Below are positions 36,177 to 46,367 of a DNA stretch of 64,000 nt, piece by piece (within the stretch, counting starts at the first letter, position 1; each line of letters opens with the position of its first letter). Position numbers and translations under genes: made by a program. Below the pieces are notes generated by a model. It saw only the letters and a list, made by a program, of their open reading frames with translations, was not told the DNA's origin and made no database searches. Source of the DNA: an uncultured Gammaproteobacteria bacterium (GTDB taxonomy: Bacteria > Patescibacteriota > Patescibacteriia > Magasanikbacterales > UBA922); assembly GCA_964394405.1 (NCBI GenBank), contig CAYMVY010000002.1:192092-256091 (forward strand). Direction: 5' to 3'.

Positions 36177-36683
36177 CTAACTTTTTATTAACATTTTTTT
36201 ATATTCAGTACTATCATCGGTTGTCACACGCATTATGCAAGGTGAAACCTTATTTTTGGTCCATGCACCATAGGTAGGAATGGTGCCAATATCCACCAGC
36301 CACTGTCCCTCTCTATTTTGCGATATTCGTACACTGCTCTGATCAATAAGAAATGTGAAAAAACCATTTTTTGAGTGGTTTTGTTGCAATTCTTTTCCAG
36401 CTTCAAACACAAACACGACTATAATTCTCGCGTCATCTTTTGTAAGCTTACGTTCAGCAAAAATGATTCTTTTGTTGGTAACACGGATTATGGGCCTTCT
36501 GCGATACCGACCATATTTTTCTCCATACATCCACTGAAGATTAACGGGTCTTTCTTCAAAAATTATTCTCTCGTCTGAATCTAGCCGAAGTGAATTTAAT
36601 GTAACTCTCTTTCTAAATACATATACAAAAAACATAATAATCGCTACACACGATACCGCTATATATAGTGTAAAAACATCCAT
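36177..36683 (-). CDS. membrane-anchored bPH_2 (bacterial PH) domain protein, paralog A
   Basis: N-terminal TM plus VTNKRIIF motif; paralogous to 36695..37222. Confidence 0.5.
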   Translation of the reverse strand: MDVFTLYIAVSCVAIIMFFVYVFRKRVTLNSLRLDSDERIIFEERPVNLQWMYGEKYGRYRRRPIIRVTNKRIIFAERKLTKDDARIIVVFVFEAGKELQQNHSKNGFFTFLIDQSSVRISQNREGQWLVDIGTIPTYGAWTKNKVSPCIMRVTTDDSTEYKKMLIKS

Positions 36684-36694
36684 ATTGTCAGTGG

Positions 36695-37222
36695 CTACTG
36701 TACCTTGATTTTAGCACCCAGTGCCTTTTCATACACCGAAAGCTGATTTGTGGTGATCTCAACTGTCTGCTCAATACCTTGCACGTTCCCCATCAAAAAT
36801 GGGGTCAGTAATTTGAATATAATAGTATAGGCACCGCTATCCTTGCTTGCCGTTGCACTCACAGTCCCTCTATCGACCTGAATCGTCGCATATCCATGTT
36901 TCCACCATGCAGAAAGCACATGTTCAGAGACTGGATCAAACGAAAAGATATTTCTAATGTACCCATCAGGACTGGTTTCTTTTTTCTGCACAATAATAAT
37001 TCGCTTATTGGTAAGTATGATATAGGGAAGACCGACCCGTGTTGTGCGTTTTTTTCCATTCCCTACGCTCTTTTCTTCAATAGTGATTGGTTTATCTTCT
37101 GCGATTTTTTCTTCGCCCTGCTCATACACCAGTTTGCTCAACAATTTTACTTTGCGAAATCGGATACCGGAAAAAATGAAAAAGGCGATAACTACTACGA
37201 CTAATATGAGTTCGAAATTCAT
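36695..37222 (-). CDS. membrane-anchored bPH_2 (bacterial PH) domain protein, paralog B
   Basis: N-terminal TM plus LTNKRIIIV motif. Confidence 0.5.
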   Translation of the reverse strand: MNFELILVVVVIAFFIFSGIRFRKVKLLSKLVYEQGEEKIAEDKPITIEEKSVGNGKKRTTRVGLPYIILTNKRIIIVQKKETSPDGYIRNIFSFDPVSEHVLSAWWKHGYATIQVDRGTVSATASKDSGAYTIIFKLLTPFLMGNVQGIEQTVEITTNQLSVYEKALGAKIKVQ

Positions 37223-37232
37223 ATTTTCTTAC

Positions 37233-37625
37233 TTATATTTTAAAAGTATTAATTAATGCTCTAATTCGTGCACCTTCTCTCTCCACTACCTCACCCTCAT
37301 ATTCTCCACCGTGTGCTGACGTGCCTGTATAACTTGGCTGGCGCTGATCAAGATGTAGATTGATTTGGAACCCACCCTCGTAGTCTTCGAGATATGCATG
37401 GAACCGTGGATAGAGATTTCTCCCATTGATCATTCGCATATAGCTCGTTTGACCCGTGTTTCTTCCGACCATTTTCCCATATCCACATCTCCGAAGAATA
37501 TATTCGGGGTTATGTTTGTATGTCCCGTCGCAAAAAATTTTCATAAAAATATGTTTAATGGAACACAGATTTCCAGGATTACCCAGATATACCAGGATCT
37601 GATCTTGGTTAATCATGGAGATCAT
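37233..37625 (-). CDS. hypothetical protein
   Basis: 130 aa, several Cys/His, no family recognised. Confidence 0.35.
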   Translation of the reverse strand: MISMINQDQILVYLGNPGNLCSIKHIFMKIFCDGTYKHNPEYILRRCGYGKMVGRNTGQTSYMRMINGRNLYPRFHAYLEDYEGGFQINLHLDQRQPSYTGTSAHGGEYEGEVVEREGARIRALINTFKI

Positions 37626-37646
37626 GGCGATCTGTGTTCTATGGCT

Positions 37647-38120
37647 TCACACATGACATGAATCTTCCCCTCGTTTCATCAAATACTTCTGATGATAGTC
37701 TTCTGCTTTCCAAAAATTCTGTGCCGGAGTGATTTCTGTCACAATCGGAGCTTTCCATTTACCTGATTTTCCTAATCCTTCTTTTGATTTCTCAGCAATT
37801 TCTTTTTGTTCTGGGGTATGATAAAAAATCGCAGAACGATATTGTGTACCAACATCTGGTCCTTGACGGTTCAACGTTGTAGGGTTATGTGACTGCCAAA
37901 AAATATTCAACAACTCTTCGTATGAGATTTTATCAGGATCATAGGTGAGCTGCAGTACTTCCGCATGCCCAGTTCGAGATGAACAGACTTGTTCATAGGT
38001 AGGTCGCTCAGTTGAGCCACCCATGTAACCTACGGCGGTTTCAATCACTCCAGAAAGTTTCCGAAATGTTTCCTCTACTCCCCAGAAGCATCCTGCTCCG
38101 AATGTTGCCAGCTCGGTCAT
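37647..38120 (-). CDS. msrA: peptide-methionine (S)-S-oxide reductase
   Basis: GAGCFWGVE active site and [12 protein letters not shown]. Confidence 0.85.
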   Translation of the reverse strand: MTELATFGAGCFWGVEETFRKLSGVIETAVGYMGGSTERPTYEQVCSSRTGHAEVLQLTYDPDKISYEELLNIFWQSHNPTTLNRQGPDVGTQYRSAIFYHTPEQKEIAEKSKEGLGKSGKWKAPIVTEITPAQNFWKAEDYHQKYLMKRGEDSCHV

Positions 38121-38653
38121 ATGTTTTTACGTAAATATTCTTGTGCTTTCATAATAAGCGCAACACAGGGCCCGTGAACGATTTTTGATTCCATAACCAT
38201 CTGCACCGCTTCTTCCAGTGAAACTTTAAGCAATTCAATCCCCTCTTCTTCATTTTTTTCGAGTACATGTTTTGAATCAAATCCGCGTGCAATAAATAGA
38301 TACTCTTTGTGATCAATCGACGCTGTAAGCGGTCGTACGGAACCAAGATCAATCCACTCAGTCGCTTCAATTCCTATTTCCTCCTTTAATTCTCGCTTTG
38401 CAGCAATAAGCGGATCAGAGTCATCATCTATTGCTCCCCCAGGAGATTCAATAGTATCTTCCCCTGCCCCGTACCTAAATTGTTTTACTAAATAGACATT
38501 TCCTTCTGAATCAATAGGTAGCACAGAACTACCATACTTCAATGTAACCACTCCATACAGCTGCTCTTTCTTTTTTTCATCTTCAAGAATATCCTCTCGA
38601 ACTGATATCCAGGGATTTTTATAAATTTCTTTTCGTTTCAATAATTTCCACAT
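38117..38653 (-). CDS. NUDIX hydrolase
   Basis: Nudix box [25 protein letters not shown]. Confidence 0.8.
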   Translation of the reverse strand: MWKLLKRKEIYKNPWISVREDILEDEKKKEQLYGVVTLKYGSSVLPIDSEGNVYLVKQFRYGAGEDTIESPGGAIDDDSDPLIAAKRELKEEIGIEATEWIDLGSVRPLTASIDHKEYLFIARGFDSKHVLEKNEEEGIELLKVSLEEAVQMVMESKIVHGPCVALIMKAQEYLRKNI

Positions 38654-38655
38654 AG

Positions 38656-39048
38656 CTAGCCTTGAAACTCAATCTCAAACGGATACATACCCATTCCACA
38701 ACTACCCTGGAGTGTTCCCGCCCCCTGTTCGCCCAATGCAATATCTGTTGCTCCTGATGGCGGAAGTATTTTTTCTATATCAAGACTAGGAATTCGAACC
38801 GCAGAAGAACAATCAAACGTTCCTTTGGTATTGAATCTTAGCACAGTTGGAATTCCTGCTTTTGCAGTACTCACTCTTGGCTGATACCCACCTTTTGCCC
38901 GGATTTCAATGATCTGGACTCCATCAACAATCGAGACGTTATTACCAGCCACTTCCTCCGTACCCGCAGGAAGTCTATCCCTAAGCAAGAGAAATCCTCC
39001 GCCAAACAGAATGATTACCGCAATAAATCCTAGTATAAGTGGTTTCAT
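38656..39048 (-). CDS. cupredoxin-like domain protein (putative copper-binding, membrane-anchored)
   Basis: N-terminal TM; beta-rich domain ending GSCGMGMYPFEIEF resembling the PF13473 Cys/Met copper site. Confidence 0.45.
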   Translation of the reverse strand: MKPLILGFIAVIILFGGGFLLLRDRLPAGTEEVAGNNVSIVDGVQIIEIRAKGGYQPRVSTAKAGIPTVLRFNTKGTFDCSSAVRIPSLDIEKILPPSGATDIALGEQGAGTLQGSCGMGMYPFEIEFQG

Positions 39049-39070
39049 AGATACACAAAGGTTTTTAAAT

Positions 39071-39589
39071 TTACTTGATAATGGTTACCGTGCTTGGTAA
39101 CTTTTTAATAATACCATTTAGATCTGCTTCTGAATAGTTATTACCAGAAATATTAAGTGTTTTGAGATTTTTCAAATTTCCCAATTCATTTGGTAAACCA
39201 GTCAGCTTATTATACGATAAATCGAGTACTTCCAAGTTTTGTAATTGTCCAATTTCAGCTGGAACTCCGGTCATCAGATTATTACTTGCATCTAAGACAC
39301 GTAAATTTTGCAATTTTCTGATTTCTCCTTGCAGTGCCCCTGTAATCTTATTATTTGAGATGTTCAATGCCTCGAGATTTGTGTTGTTAAAGACATTATC
39401 TGGAACTTTTGTCAGATTTTGATTACTCAAATCGAGTGTATACTCTGGGTTAGGTTCTCTCACTGGCTCAGTATTAGTCACCACTGGAGCTGGTGTATTC
39501 GTATTTCTACCATATAATCGATCAGTGAGGGCACAACCACTCGATACAAGTACAACTACCAAAAGCATCATTATAGAAATATATTTCAT
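39071..39589 (-). CDS. leucine-rich repeat lipoprotein
   Basis: lipobox-like LVSSGC after the signal peptide; about 6 LRR units LxxLxxLxLSNNKITG; start set to MKYISIMML (the ORF-track start overlaps the upstream gene). Confidence 0.6.
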   Translation of the reverse strand: MKYISIMMLLVVVLVSSGCALTDRLYGRNTNTPAPVVTNTEPVREPNPEYTLDLSNQNLTKVPDNVFNNTNLEALNISNNKITGALQGEIRKLQNLRVLDASNNLMTGVPAEIGQLQNLEVLDLSYNKLTGLPNELGNLKNLKTLNISGNNYSEADLNGIIKKLPSTVTIIK

Positions 39590-39599
39590 GTTAGTATGA

Positions 39600-40622
39600 T
39601 TAGAAATTAAATAACGGCGGAATAAGACCAATTACGACGAGACTATTAAGTAAGTTAAATACTGCAAAAAGGATTACGACTAATCCCGCAGTTTTGAAAA
39701 ATACACCAGAATATTTACTATTTTTGATACTCAGAGAACTGAAGCTGATGAGTGCGAGGACTGGCAAAGTACCCAGTGCAAATGCAAGCATGTACATCCC
39801 CCCAGAAAGAAAACTACCCGTTGAAAGCGTAAAGATCTGCATTGATTGGGTAAACCCGCACGGGAGGAAGAAAGTAAGAATTCCAACCAGAAACGGAGTT
39901 AACCGATGATTCAATTTTGATACTCCGAGTGCATGTTTTGAGAGAAACTTTGGCATTGATGGCTGGAGTTTACGTGCAAAATGAAACACATCGAGCAAAT
40001 TGATACCAAGAATGAGCATGACAATTCCAATAACTACACTCAACACAAATGTTGTCGTGGTATTCAATGCAAACGCTGAGCCGAGCGCACCAATCACTCC
40101 GCCAAGAATAAAGAATGATACGAGACGCCCGACATGGAACAGGAGTTGTGGCTTAACACGATCACCAGTTTTTGCAAATGTGGTCGACATTGAGAGTACC
40201 AATCCTCCGACTACTGCCATGCACGTTGAAAGTGATGCGATAATACCGATGGCAAATGCAGTTCCATATGAGACGGTACTTGCGTCAACCAGATTCACAA
40301 TTCCCATTTTCTGAAGCAGTACAAATAGCGCTGCAAAAAGTAGTGCTATAGGAAGCGCAATCTTAAACTCTGACCAGTTTTTCTGTGTTTCTTGTTTTTC
40401 TATTGAGAGTGTATAGCCATGGGGTTTTAATACCACAGACAATTCTTCTGCGATAGTTTCTGGAGTTTTGTCTCCAAAATCTCCACATACTTCAACTGTT
40501 CGAGTTTCGAGACGTGAAGTTGCACCTGTAACATACGGAACATCTTTCAGTTCACTTTCAGTCACGAGCACACATGATTTGCAATGCATGCCATTTACAT
40601 GAAAAATATGTTTTTGTTCCAT
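39600..40622 (-). CDS. heavy-metal-associated (HMA) domain fused to a polytopic membrane domain (DsbD_2/UreH-like)
   Basis: N-terminal GMHCKSC HMA motif; 6-8 TM helices with an FLPCGF motif. Confidence 0.55.
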   Translation of the reverse strand: MEQKHIFHVNGMHCKSCVLVTESELKDVPYVTGATSRLETRTVEVCGDFGDKTPETIAEELSVVLKPHGYTLSIEKQETQKNWSEFKIALPIALLFAALFVLLQKMGIVNLVDASTVSYGTAFAIGIIASLSTCMAVVGGLVLSMSTTFAKTGDRVKPQLLFHVGRLVSFFILGGVIGALGSAFALNTTTTFVLSVVIGIVMLILGINLLDVFHFARKLQPSMPKFLSKHALGVSKLNHRLTPFLVGILTFFLPCGFTQSMQIFTLSTGSFLSGGMYMLAFALGTLPVLALISFSSLSIKNSKYSGVFFKTAGLVVILFAVFNLLNSLVVIGLIPPLFNF

Positions 40623-40626
40623 ATGA

Positions 40627-42951
40627 TTATAATTTTTTAGCTTTTAATCGGAGCGAATTCCCCACAACCGAAACGCTCGAGAATGCCATCGCAAACCCTG
40701 CAAAAATTGGGCTGAGGAGCCATCCAAATAGCGGGTAGAATGCTCCTGCTGCGAGTGGGATTCCCACAATATTGTAGATGAATGCCCAGAATAAATTCTG
40801 TCTGATTCCGCGCATGGTAAGCTTTGATAATCTGATTGCCTGCACAAGCTTGGAAATGTCTCCGTGGAGAAGTGTAATACCCGCGGATTCAATCGCGACA
40901 TCAGTTCCCGTTGCCATCGCAATTCCCACGTCTGCAGCTGCAAGTGCCGGAGCATCATTCACCCCATCCCCTGCCATTGCGACTATTTCTCCTTTAGATT
41001 GTAATTCCTTCACTTTTTTAAGCTTATCTTCTGGTAATACTTCAGCCACGACCTCATCAATTCCAATTTGTTTTGCGATAAAGTTCGCGGTGTTCTTGTT
41101 ATCTCCCGTAAGCATGACGATTTTGATTCCAAGTTTGTGAAGCTTTTGTACCGCTTCACTCGCTTCTGGTTTTATCGCATCAGCAACTGATACCACCGCA
41201 AGCACTGTAGTCTTTGTTGCCAGTATAATTGGTGTCTTACCTTCATGTGTTTCTTTTTCAAGTGAAGCAGTATTAAACGAAAGCTTTAGATCTTTAATCA
41301 ATGCAGTATTACCTGCATAATACTCTGTATGGTTAATTTTTCCTTTAATCCCTTTTCCCTTAATCGCTTCAAAATGTTCAACCGTGTGAAGTGATATTTT
41401 TTTCTCATCTGCATACGACACGATGGCGTGCGCAATGGGATGTTCTGATTTTTTCTCGAGTGACGCAAGAATAGAAACTAGCTCTTCATCTGTTTGTTTT
41501 GAAACATTTTCGATTGATACTAGTTCTGGTTTTCCTTTGGTAATGGTTCCTGTTTTATCTACCACTACGGTTGTAACTGCGTGAAGTTTTTCCAGTGTTG
41601 CAGCATCTTTAATCAGTATACCATTTTTTGCCCCTTTACCTACTCCCACAATAATTGCTGTTGGAGTGGCAAGACCCAAGGCACACGGACATGCGATAAC
41701 CAATACTCCTACAAATGAGACTAGTCCAAATGAGAGTGCTTCTGAAAACCCGAGATATCTGGTGCCTACGATAAGCCACGTAGCAAGTGCTCCCGCAGCA
41801 ATTACCAATACAATCGGTACGAACACCGCAGAAATTTTGTCCGCAAGCGCCTGGATCGGAGCTTTGGTACCCTGAGCATCCTCAACCATTTTCACGATAT
41901 GCGCGAGCATAGTTTCTTTTCCTACCTTAGTCGCCTTGAAGGTGAATGATCCACTTGTATTAATAGTTCCTGCAACCACACTATCCCCTGCTTTTTTACT
42001 GACTGGCATGGGCTCTCCAGTGATCATAGACTCATCAATATATGATGAACCACTTTCGACAACACCGTCTACTGGAATTTTTCCTGCAGGTTTTACAATA
42101 ATCACCTCACCTACGGCCACTGCGTCAACTGAAATCTCGATTTCTTTTCCCTCTCGAATGACGAGTGCGGTCTTTGCCTGAAGATTCAATAATTTTTCAA
42201 TTGCATCACCGGTTTTCAACTTTGATTTTGTTTCCAAATATTTTCCGAGTGCGATAAACGTAATCACAATAATCGTCACATCATAATAGGACGCTTTCAC
42301 ATCAATAAAGGGTGCGAGTGTTTCTTCAAATGCGCTCACGATAAAGCTATAGAGAAATGCGACTCCAGTACCAATACCGATCAGCGTATCCATATTTGCC
42401 TTGCCGTAGCGTACAAATCGATATACTCCCTGCAGATATGGTTTTCCAACCACCACTAGAGTAAACAGCGCAAAAAGTGGCAAGAGATGATGAAAAAATT
42501 CTTCCCATACTATGGGCATTTCTGGAAAATTCGTGAGTTTTGCCATGATTTCCCAACCCATGATGAGTACACTTGCAATTGCAAGTGGTATTACCGAATA
42601 CACCTTGCGTTTCATAGTAGCAAGTTCAAGAAGCTTCTGCTCTTTGGTCTGCCCCAATCCCAGATGTGCGGCATGCTCATCTTCGCTCATCCCCATTTCT
42701 CTTGCACTTGGTACAACTAGCGAGTAGCCGAGTGGTTCTATTTTTTTGGAAAGTTCATGTGCACTCGTCTCATGTTCATTAAACTCAACTTTAGCTGTTT
42801 CGGTACCATAATTCACTTCAGCTGAAGTAACTCCTTTTGTTTTTTTGAACGTTTTTTCAATGATATTTGCGCAGGATGCACAATGCATACCTGAAATTTT
42901 ATATGTCTTTTGCTGTGGCACGGTATGTCCTCCATGAGATGCATGATCCAT
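40627..42951 (-). CDS. copA: copper-translocating P1B-type ATPase
   Basis: N-terminal HMA GMHCASC; TM CPC motif (IACPCALG); DKTGT phosphorylation site; GDGVNDAP. Confidence 0.9.
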   Translation of the reverse strand: MDHASHGGHTVPQQKTYKISGMHCASCANIIEKTFKKTKGVTSAEVNYGTETAKVEFNEHETSAHELSKKIEPLGYSLVVPSAREMGMSEDEHAAHLGLGQTKEQKLLELATMKRKVYSVIPLAIASVLIMGWEIMAKLTNFPEMPIVWEEFFHHLLPLFALFTLVVVGKPYLQGVYRFVRYGKANMDTLIGIGTGVAFLYSFIVSAFEETLAPFIDVKASYYDVTIIVITFIALGKYLETKSKLKTGDAIEKLLNLQAKTALVIREGKEIEISVDAVAVGEVIIVKPAGKIPVDGVVESGSSYIDESMITGEPMPVSKKAGDSVVAGTINTSGSFTFKATKVGKETMLAHIVKMVEDAQGTKAPIQALADKISAVFVPIVLVIAAGALATWLIVGTRYLGFSEALSFGLVSFVGVLVIACPCALGLATPTAIIVGVGKGAKNGILIKDAATLEKLHAVTTVVVDKTGTITKGKPELVSIENVSKQTDEELVSILASLEKKSEHPIAHAIVSYADEKKISLHTVEHFEAIKGKGIKGKINHTEYYAGNTALIKDLKLSFNTASLEKETHEGKTPIILATKTTVLAVVSVADAIKPEASEAVQKLHKLGIKIVMLTGDNKNTANFIAKQIGIDEVVAEVLPEDKLKKVKELQSKGEIVAMAGDGVNDAPALAAADVGIAMATGTDVAIESAGITLLHGDISKLVQAIRLSKLTMRGIRQNLFWAFIYNIVGIPLAAGAFYPLFGWLLSPIFAGFAMAFSSVSVVGNSLRLKAKKL

Positions 42952-42968
42952 ATGAAGAAAAAAATAAA

Positions 42969-43226
42969 TTACGCACTTAAATTATAAATTTTCATGAGTT
43001 CTTTAATCGTCTGTGCTTTATTTTCCTTAAGTTTGTGTTCGAGGCAGTGATCCAGATGTCCGAGAAGTAAGTCACGCTTACACGATCGGAGTAGCCCCAT
43101 GACACTATCGATCTGTTGAATGATATCCGGGCAATATTCATCTTTTTCTACCATTGAAACTACCTTCCCGAGAGTGCCCGCTGCTTGCTTTGACAGCTTG
43201 AGTGCTTTAGCATTAGTAACATGCAT
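42969..43226 (-). CDS. csoR: CsoR/RcnR family metal-sensing transcriptional repressor
   Basis: 85 aa; conserved Cys...His...Cys ([17 protein letters not shown]) spacing typical of CsoR. Confidence 0.7.
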   Translation of the reverse strand: MHVTNAKALKLSKQAAGTLGKVVSMVEKDEYCPDIIQQIDSVMGLLRSCKRDLLLGHLDHCLEHKLKENKAQTIKELMKIYNLSA

Positions 43227-43247
43227 AGTATATGCGTTAAGAGTACT

Positions 43248-43264
43248 AACCTATAGTATAGGTT
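43248..43264. promoter_or_regulatory. 17-bp palindrome AACCTATAGTATAGGTT upstream of csoR: candidate CsoR operator overlapping a -10-like TATAGT
   Basis: perfect dyad 22 nt upstream of the csoR ATG. Confidence 0.4.
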
Positions 43265-43319
43265 ATAGGTTACTTGAGCGCAAGAGGTGACGGTGGATAA
43301 GTTTAAAAAATCCAAATAA

Positions 43320-43375
43320 AATGATAAATTTGTATTTTATCCGTGTAAACCCGTGTTTACCCGTACAACCCGCGT
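43320..43375. repeat. direct repeats of CCGTGT-like units at 10-bp phase (ATCCGTGTaaACCCGTGTttACCCGTACaaCCCGCGTACC)
   Basis: same unit, phasing and ATCCGTGT-AACCCGTGT core as the array at 29325..29411. Confidence 0.45.
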
Positions 43376-43399
43376 ACCATTAAACAATTGAAAAACAAA

Positions 43400-43436
43400 A
43401 AAGCCACAGTTTTTGCAAGACCGTGGCTTTTTATTT
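43400..43436. terminator. bidirectional intrinsic terminator
   Basis: AAAAAGCCACAG-loop-CTGTGGCTTTTTATTTTTG. Confidence 0.55.
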
Positions 43437-43447
43437 TTGAATAACTA

Positions 43448-43663
43448 TTACATCTTTGGCATACTGCAAGCTTTGCAGTCCTTCTTGTGTGTAAAGAGAA
43501 GAACGAGAGCTGAAAGACCAACCAAAACGTATACTACGCGAGAAAATGCTGCATCCATGCCGCCAAATAATTGGCCAACATCCCAGCCCCAGATTCCAAC
43601 GAGCAACCAATTCAACCCGCCGACTACGACGAGAAGAAAAGCTATCATATGTACTGCTTTCAT
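43448..43663 (-). CDS. DUF378 family small membrane protein
   Basis: 71 aa, 2 TM; GGLNWLLVGIWGWD motif. Confidence 0.55.
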   Translation of the reverse strand: MKAVHMIAFLLVVVGGLNWLLVGIWGWDVGQLFGGMDAAFSRVVYVLVGLSALVLLFTHKKDCKACSMPKM

Positions 43664-43857
43664 GTGTGTTCACCTCCTGTCATATGTGAAAATATTGACT
43701 GAGTTAACGACACGCCATTAGTATAGACCTTTTTTACCCTTTAGACAAAGAAGTTATCCACTGGAAGAAAGCCCGCCTGCAACGCTTTGCGTAGCAATGC
43801 GGGCAGGTAAAAGGTTAAAAGGAAAAAGTAAAAAGAATAAATTCTAAATACAAGTTC

Positions 43858-44391
43858 TTACTTTAGACCAAATATTTTATATACCATCGATACCATCGGA
43901 TCGGCATCAGGGCCGTAGACCATTCCCCCACCGAGTGCTCCGGTGAGTGTGATAGAAATCAATCCAGCGAGAGCACCAACAACAATTACCGGACGAAGAG
44001 TAATGAATTTTGAAATCCGTTCTACTATTTTCCAGATCACATACGTCCATTCACGCTTGCTCACCAATCGAGTCACTGATCTCGTGGTTGCAATTACCGC
44101 ATGAGCCCCGGCCAATACCGTGAAGATTATTTTGGTAATCGTTGCTAGGAGTTCATGCATGGCAAGCGCAGTACCTGGCTCGATATTCTCTCCTCCACGA
44201 GCTTCACCTGTAGTTGCCGCAACAATCACTGCAAGCGCCCCAAAAAATAAAAGTACACGCTTGGCAAAAATCCATTTCGGATCAGTCCACGTAATTCGGA
44301 ACGGGAGTAATTCCAGCACTGCATATAACGTAAGTAATCCGATTGGAAAATGGACGATGACAGGATGGAGTTGGGCGAGGAGGGTTTCCAT
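43858..44391 (-). CDS. DUF2231-like membrane protein
   Basis: LHPVIVHFPIGLL N-terminal motif; 4-5 TM helices. Confidence 0.5.
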   Translation of the reverse strand: METLLAQLHPVIVHFPIGLLTLYAVLELLPFRITWTDPKWIFAKRVLLFFGALAVIVAATTGEARGGENIEPGTALAMHELLATITKIIFTVLAGAHAVIATTRSVTRLVSKREWTYVIWKIVERISKFITLRPVIVVGALAGLISITLTGALGGGMVYGPDADPMVSMVYKIFGLK

Positions 44392-44395
44392 AAGA

Positions 44396-44522
44396 TAAAA
44401 TTCAAAACTTAAAATTCAAAGCTCAAAACTGAAACTAAAAACTTAAAACTTTTTATTCTCATATTAATTAATTTTTAGATTTGAGTTATAGTTTTACGTT
44501 TTGAGATTTAAGTTTTGAGTTT
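44396..44522. repeat. AT-rich imperfect-palindrome intergenic element ('caaaactcaaa' family)
   Basis: aaattcaaaacttaaaattcaaagctcaaaactgaaactaaaaact ... agttatagttttacgttttgagatttaagttttgagtt. Confidence 0.7.
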
Positions 44523-44525
44523 ATA

Positions 44526-45776
44526 TTATACTTCATGAAACTTCTCAGTACTTGGTCTGTATTTTAACACAAACACGAGCCAACCGAAGAATATGAGCAC
44601 TCCAGAAATTATGGTGGGTAAACTAAGATGGAATGCAACGATAAACCCTGCAATCATCGGAGGAATTGCAGAACCAAGTGACTGGAGAGATGCAGTAATT
44701 CCCATAATTTCTCCCTGCGATTGTTTGTCTGCTGAATTTGAAACTACGGCGCTCATATTCGGCATCGTAAGCCCATTGCAGATCGCGACCAGTGGCATGA
44801 GAACATACACCCAGCCGAGGCTTGGTACCAAGAGATGTGACACAATCGCAAGCGGAAGCGCAAATAAGGCAATTTTGATAATCTGCTCAGGTTTTTTGTG
44901 TTTTGCTGCAATACGCACGAGTGTTCCCTGTACAATCGCGATCCAGATACCCAAATACCCAAAAATAAATCCAATATCTCTCTGTGTCGCGCCGAATTTC
45001 TCGATCATGTAGACCTGAAAAAACTGGATGAAGAATGCAAACCCAAAAATCTGGAGAAAGAGTACGGTGAATACCACACGCATATTCTTCATCTGAAATG
45101 CGCGAATCGTATTTTTGATACCTGTAAACGGACTAATATGAATATGTTTGTTTCTCTCAGTTAATGTTTCCTTGAACCATTTCCCCACTGCACTGATATT
45201 CATGAGTGATAATCCTGCTGCAAACCAGAATGGGGTCGCAAAATTGAACCAGCCAACAATCGTCGAATCAGATAATATTCCACCAACAAAGGGACCAAAA
45301 ATAAATCCGAGCCCGAATGCCATACCAATCAACCCGAAGTTTTTTGCCTTTTCTGCCGGGTCGCTCACATCTGCGACAGCTGAGTGTACGACTGATACAT
45401 TTCCACCCGTAATTCCATCGATCAATCGCGAGAGGAAGAGGAGCCAGAGCTGCCCTGTAATAATTCCGATTGCAAATAAGAGGTATCCAAAACAGGTTCC
45501 GGCAAGCGAGATCATCATTACAGGCTTTCGCCCATATTTGTCTGCAAATGCTCCGATAATCGGAGCTGCAAAAAACATGGCGAGCGGATAGATCGCGGTC
45601 AAAAATCCGAGGAGAACAGTTCTCGTTTCATAACTCACCGAAGCTGGAAGAAATGCGTCTCCGAGAAATAGTGGAGCGATAATCGGCGCAATCAACCCGA
45701 TTCCTATCATGTCGAGGAAAATGACGAGGAAAAGCGAGAGAAGTGAGAGTTTTTTCTTGTCCATAGAGGCAATCAA
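44526..45776 (-). CDS. MFS transporter (DHA1-like drug:H+ antiporter)
   Basis: 12 TM helices; MFS motif A (GAFADKYGRKPV). Confidence 0.8.
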   Translation of the reverse strand: MIASMDKKKLSLLSLFLVIFLDMIGIGLIAPIIAPLFLGDAFLPASVSYETRTVLLGFLTAIYPLAMFFAAPIIGAFADKYGRKPVMMISLAGTCFGYLLFAIGIITGQLWLLFLSRLIDGITGGNVSVVHSAVADVSDPAEKAKNFGLIGMAFGLGFIFGPFVGGILSDSTIVGWFNFATPFWFAAGLSLMNISAVGKWFKETLTERNKHIHISPFTGIKNTIRAFQMKNMRVVFTVLFLQIFGFAFFIQFFQVYMIEKFGATQRDIGFIFGYLGIWIAIVQGTLVRIAAKHKKPEQIIKIALFALPLAIVSHLLVPSLGWVYVLMPLVAICNGLTMPNMSAVVSNSADKQSQGEIMGITASLQSLGSAIPPMIAGFIVAFHLSLPTIISGVLIFFGWLVFVLKYRPSTEKFHEV

Positions 45777-45830
45777 AAAAATAAGGAGTCCCTAGTATAC
45801 GCGTGTACGGCACAATAATCAAGGGTATGA

Positions 45831-46364
45831 TTAAAACTTCCTACTATCGTAGCCCCAATGTAATACTGCTTGTCTCTGGCGTGGTCGGCAGGTCGTATCC
45901 CCTGCTTCGCAACTCTTCTTGATTTGGGTGATATGTCGACGCATGGCCCACCACCTAGCAATCTGGCGTTTATCTTCTTTTGGAATTCTCCGCCCCAAAT
46001 AATATCTACAATACCACTGGAACCATCCATGCGGATCGTCAGAATAGATCCAGCCTTTTTCCTGCCAGATTTTCAATGACTGACTCGCATCAACCTTGAA
46101 ATAATTATAGTGTTTCTGCTTGGTATTATCCGGCGACAACTTCACCCCTCTGAACCATTCACGGGGCAAATCTGCCGGAATTCCATTTTTCACACCAATA
46201 AAATATGCGCCACCAAAAATTCCCACTTTCAACATTTCTTGTGGAGTAAGGTCGGGGCGAAACATGGGATCAAAATTTTTTCCCTCAGGTTCGACCAAGG
46301 TATAGTGATATTTTTTCTGAAAATTGTCTGAGTAGGTAATTTTTTTTACAACACGACGCGGCAT
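45831..46364 (-). CDS. hypothetical protein
   Basis: 177 aa, Trp/Tyr-rich, no TM; no family recognised. Confidence 0.4.
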   Translation of the reverse strand: MPRRVVKKITYSDNFQKKYHYTLVEPEGKNFDPMFRPDLTPQEMLKVGIFGGAYFIGVKNGIPADLPREWFRGVKLSPDNTKQKHYNYFKVDASQSLKIWQEKGWIYSDDPHGWFQWYCRYYLGRRIPKEDKRQIARWWAMRRHITQIKKSCEAGDTTCRPRQRQAVLHWGYDSRKF

Positions 46365-46367
46365 ATA

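Noticed and set aside
43270-43375. Possible oriC (DnaA-box-like GGTGGATAAG and TTATCCGTG plus phased repeats)
   Set aside because: There are only two box-like matches. No dnaA or dnaN lies nearby, and there is no obvious AT-rich unwinding element. The phased repeats match a second non-origin-like locus at 29325.
11468-44522. CRISPR array interpretation of the 'caaaactcaaa' repeats
   Set aside because: The units are irregular in length, the two halves are inverted (palindromic) rather than direct repeats with unique spacers, and the copies are dispersed between genes. There is no cas context.
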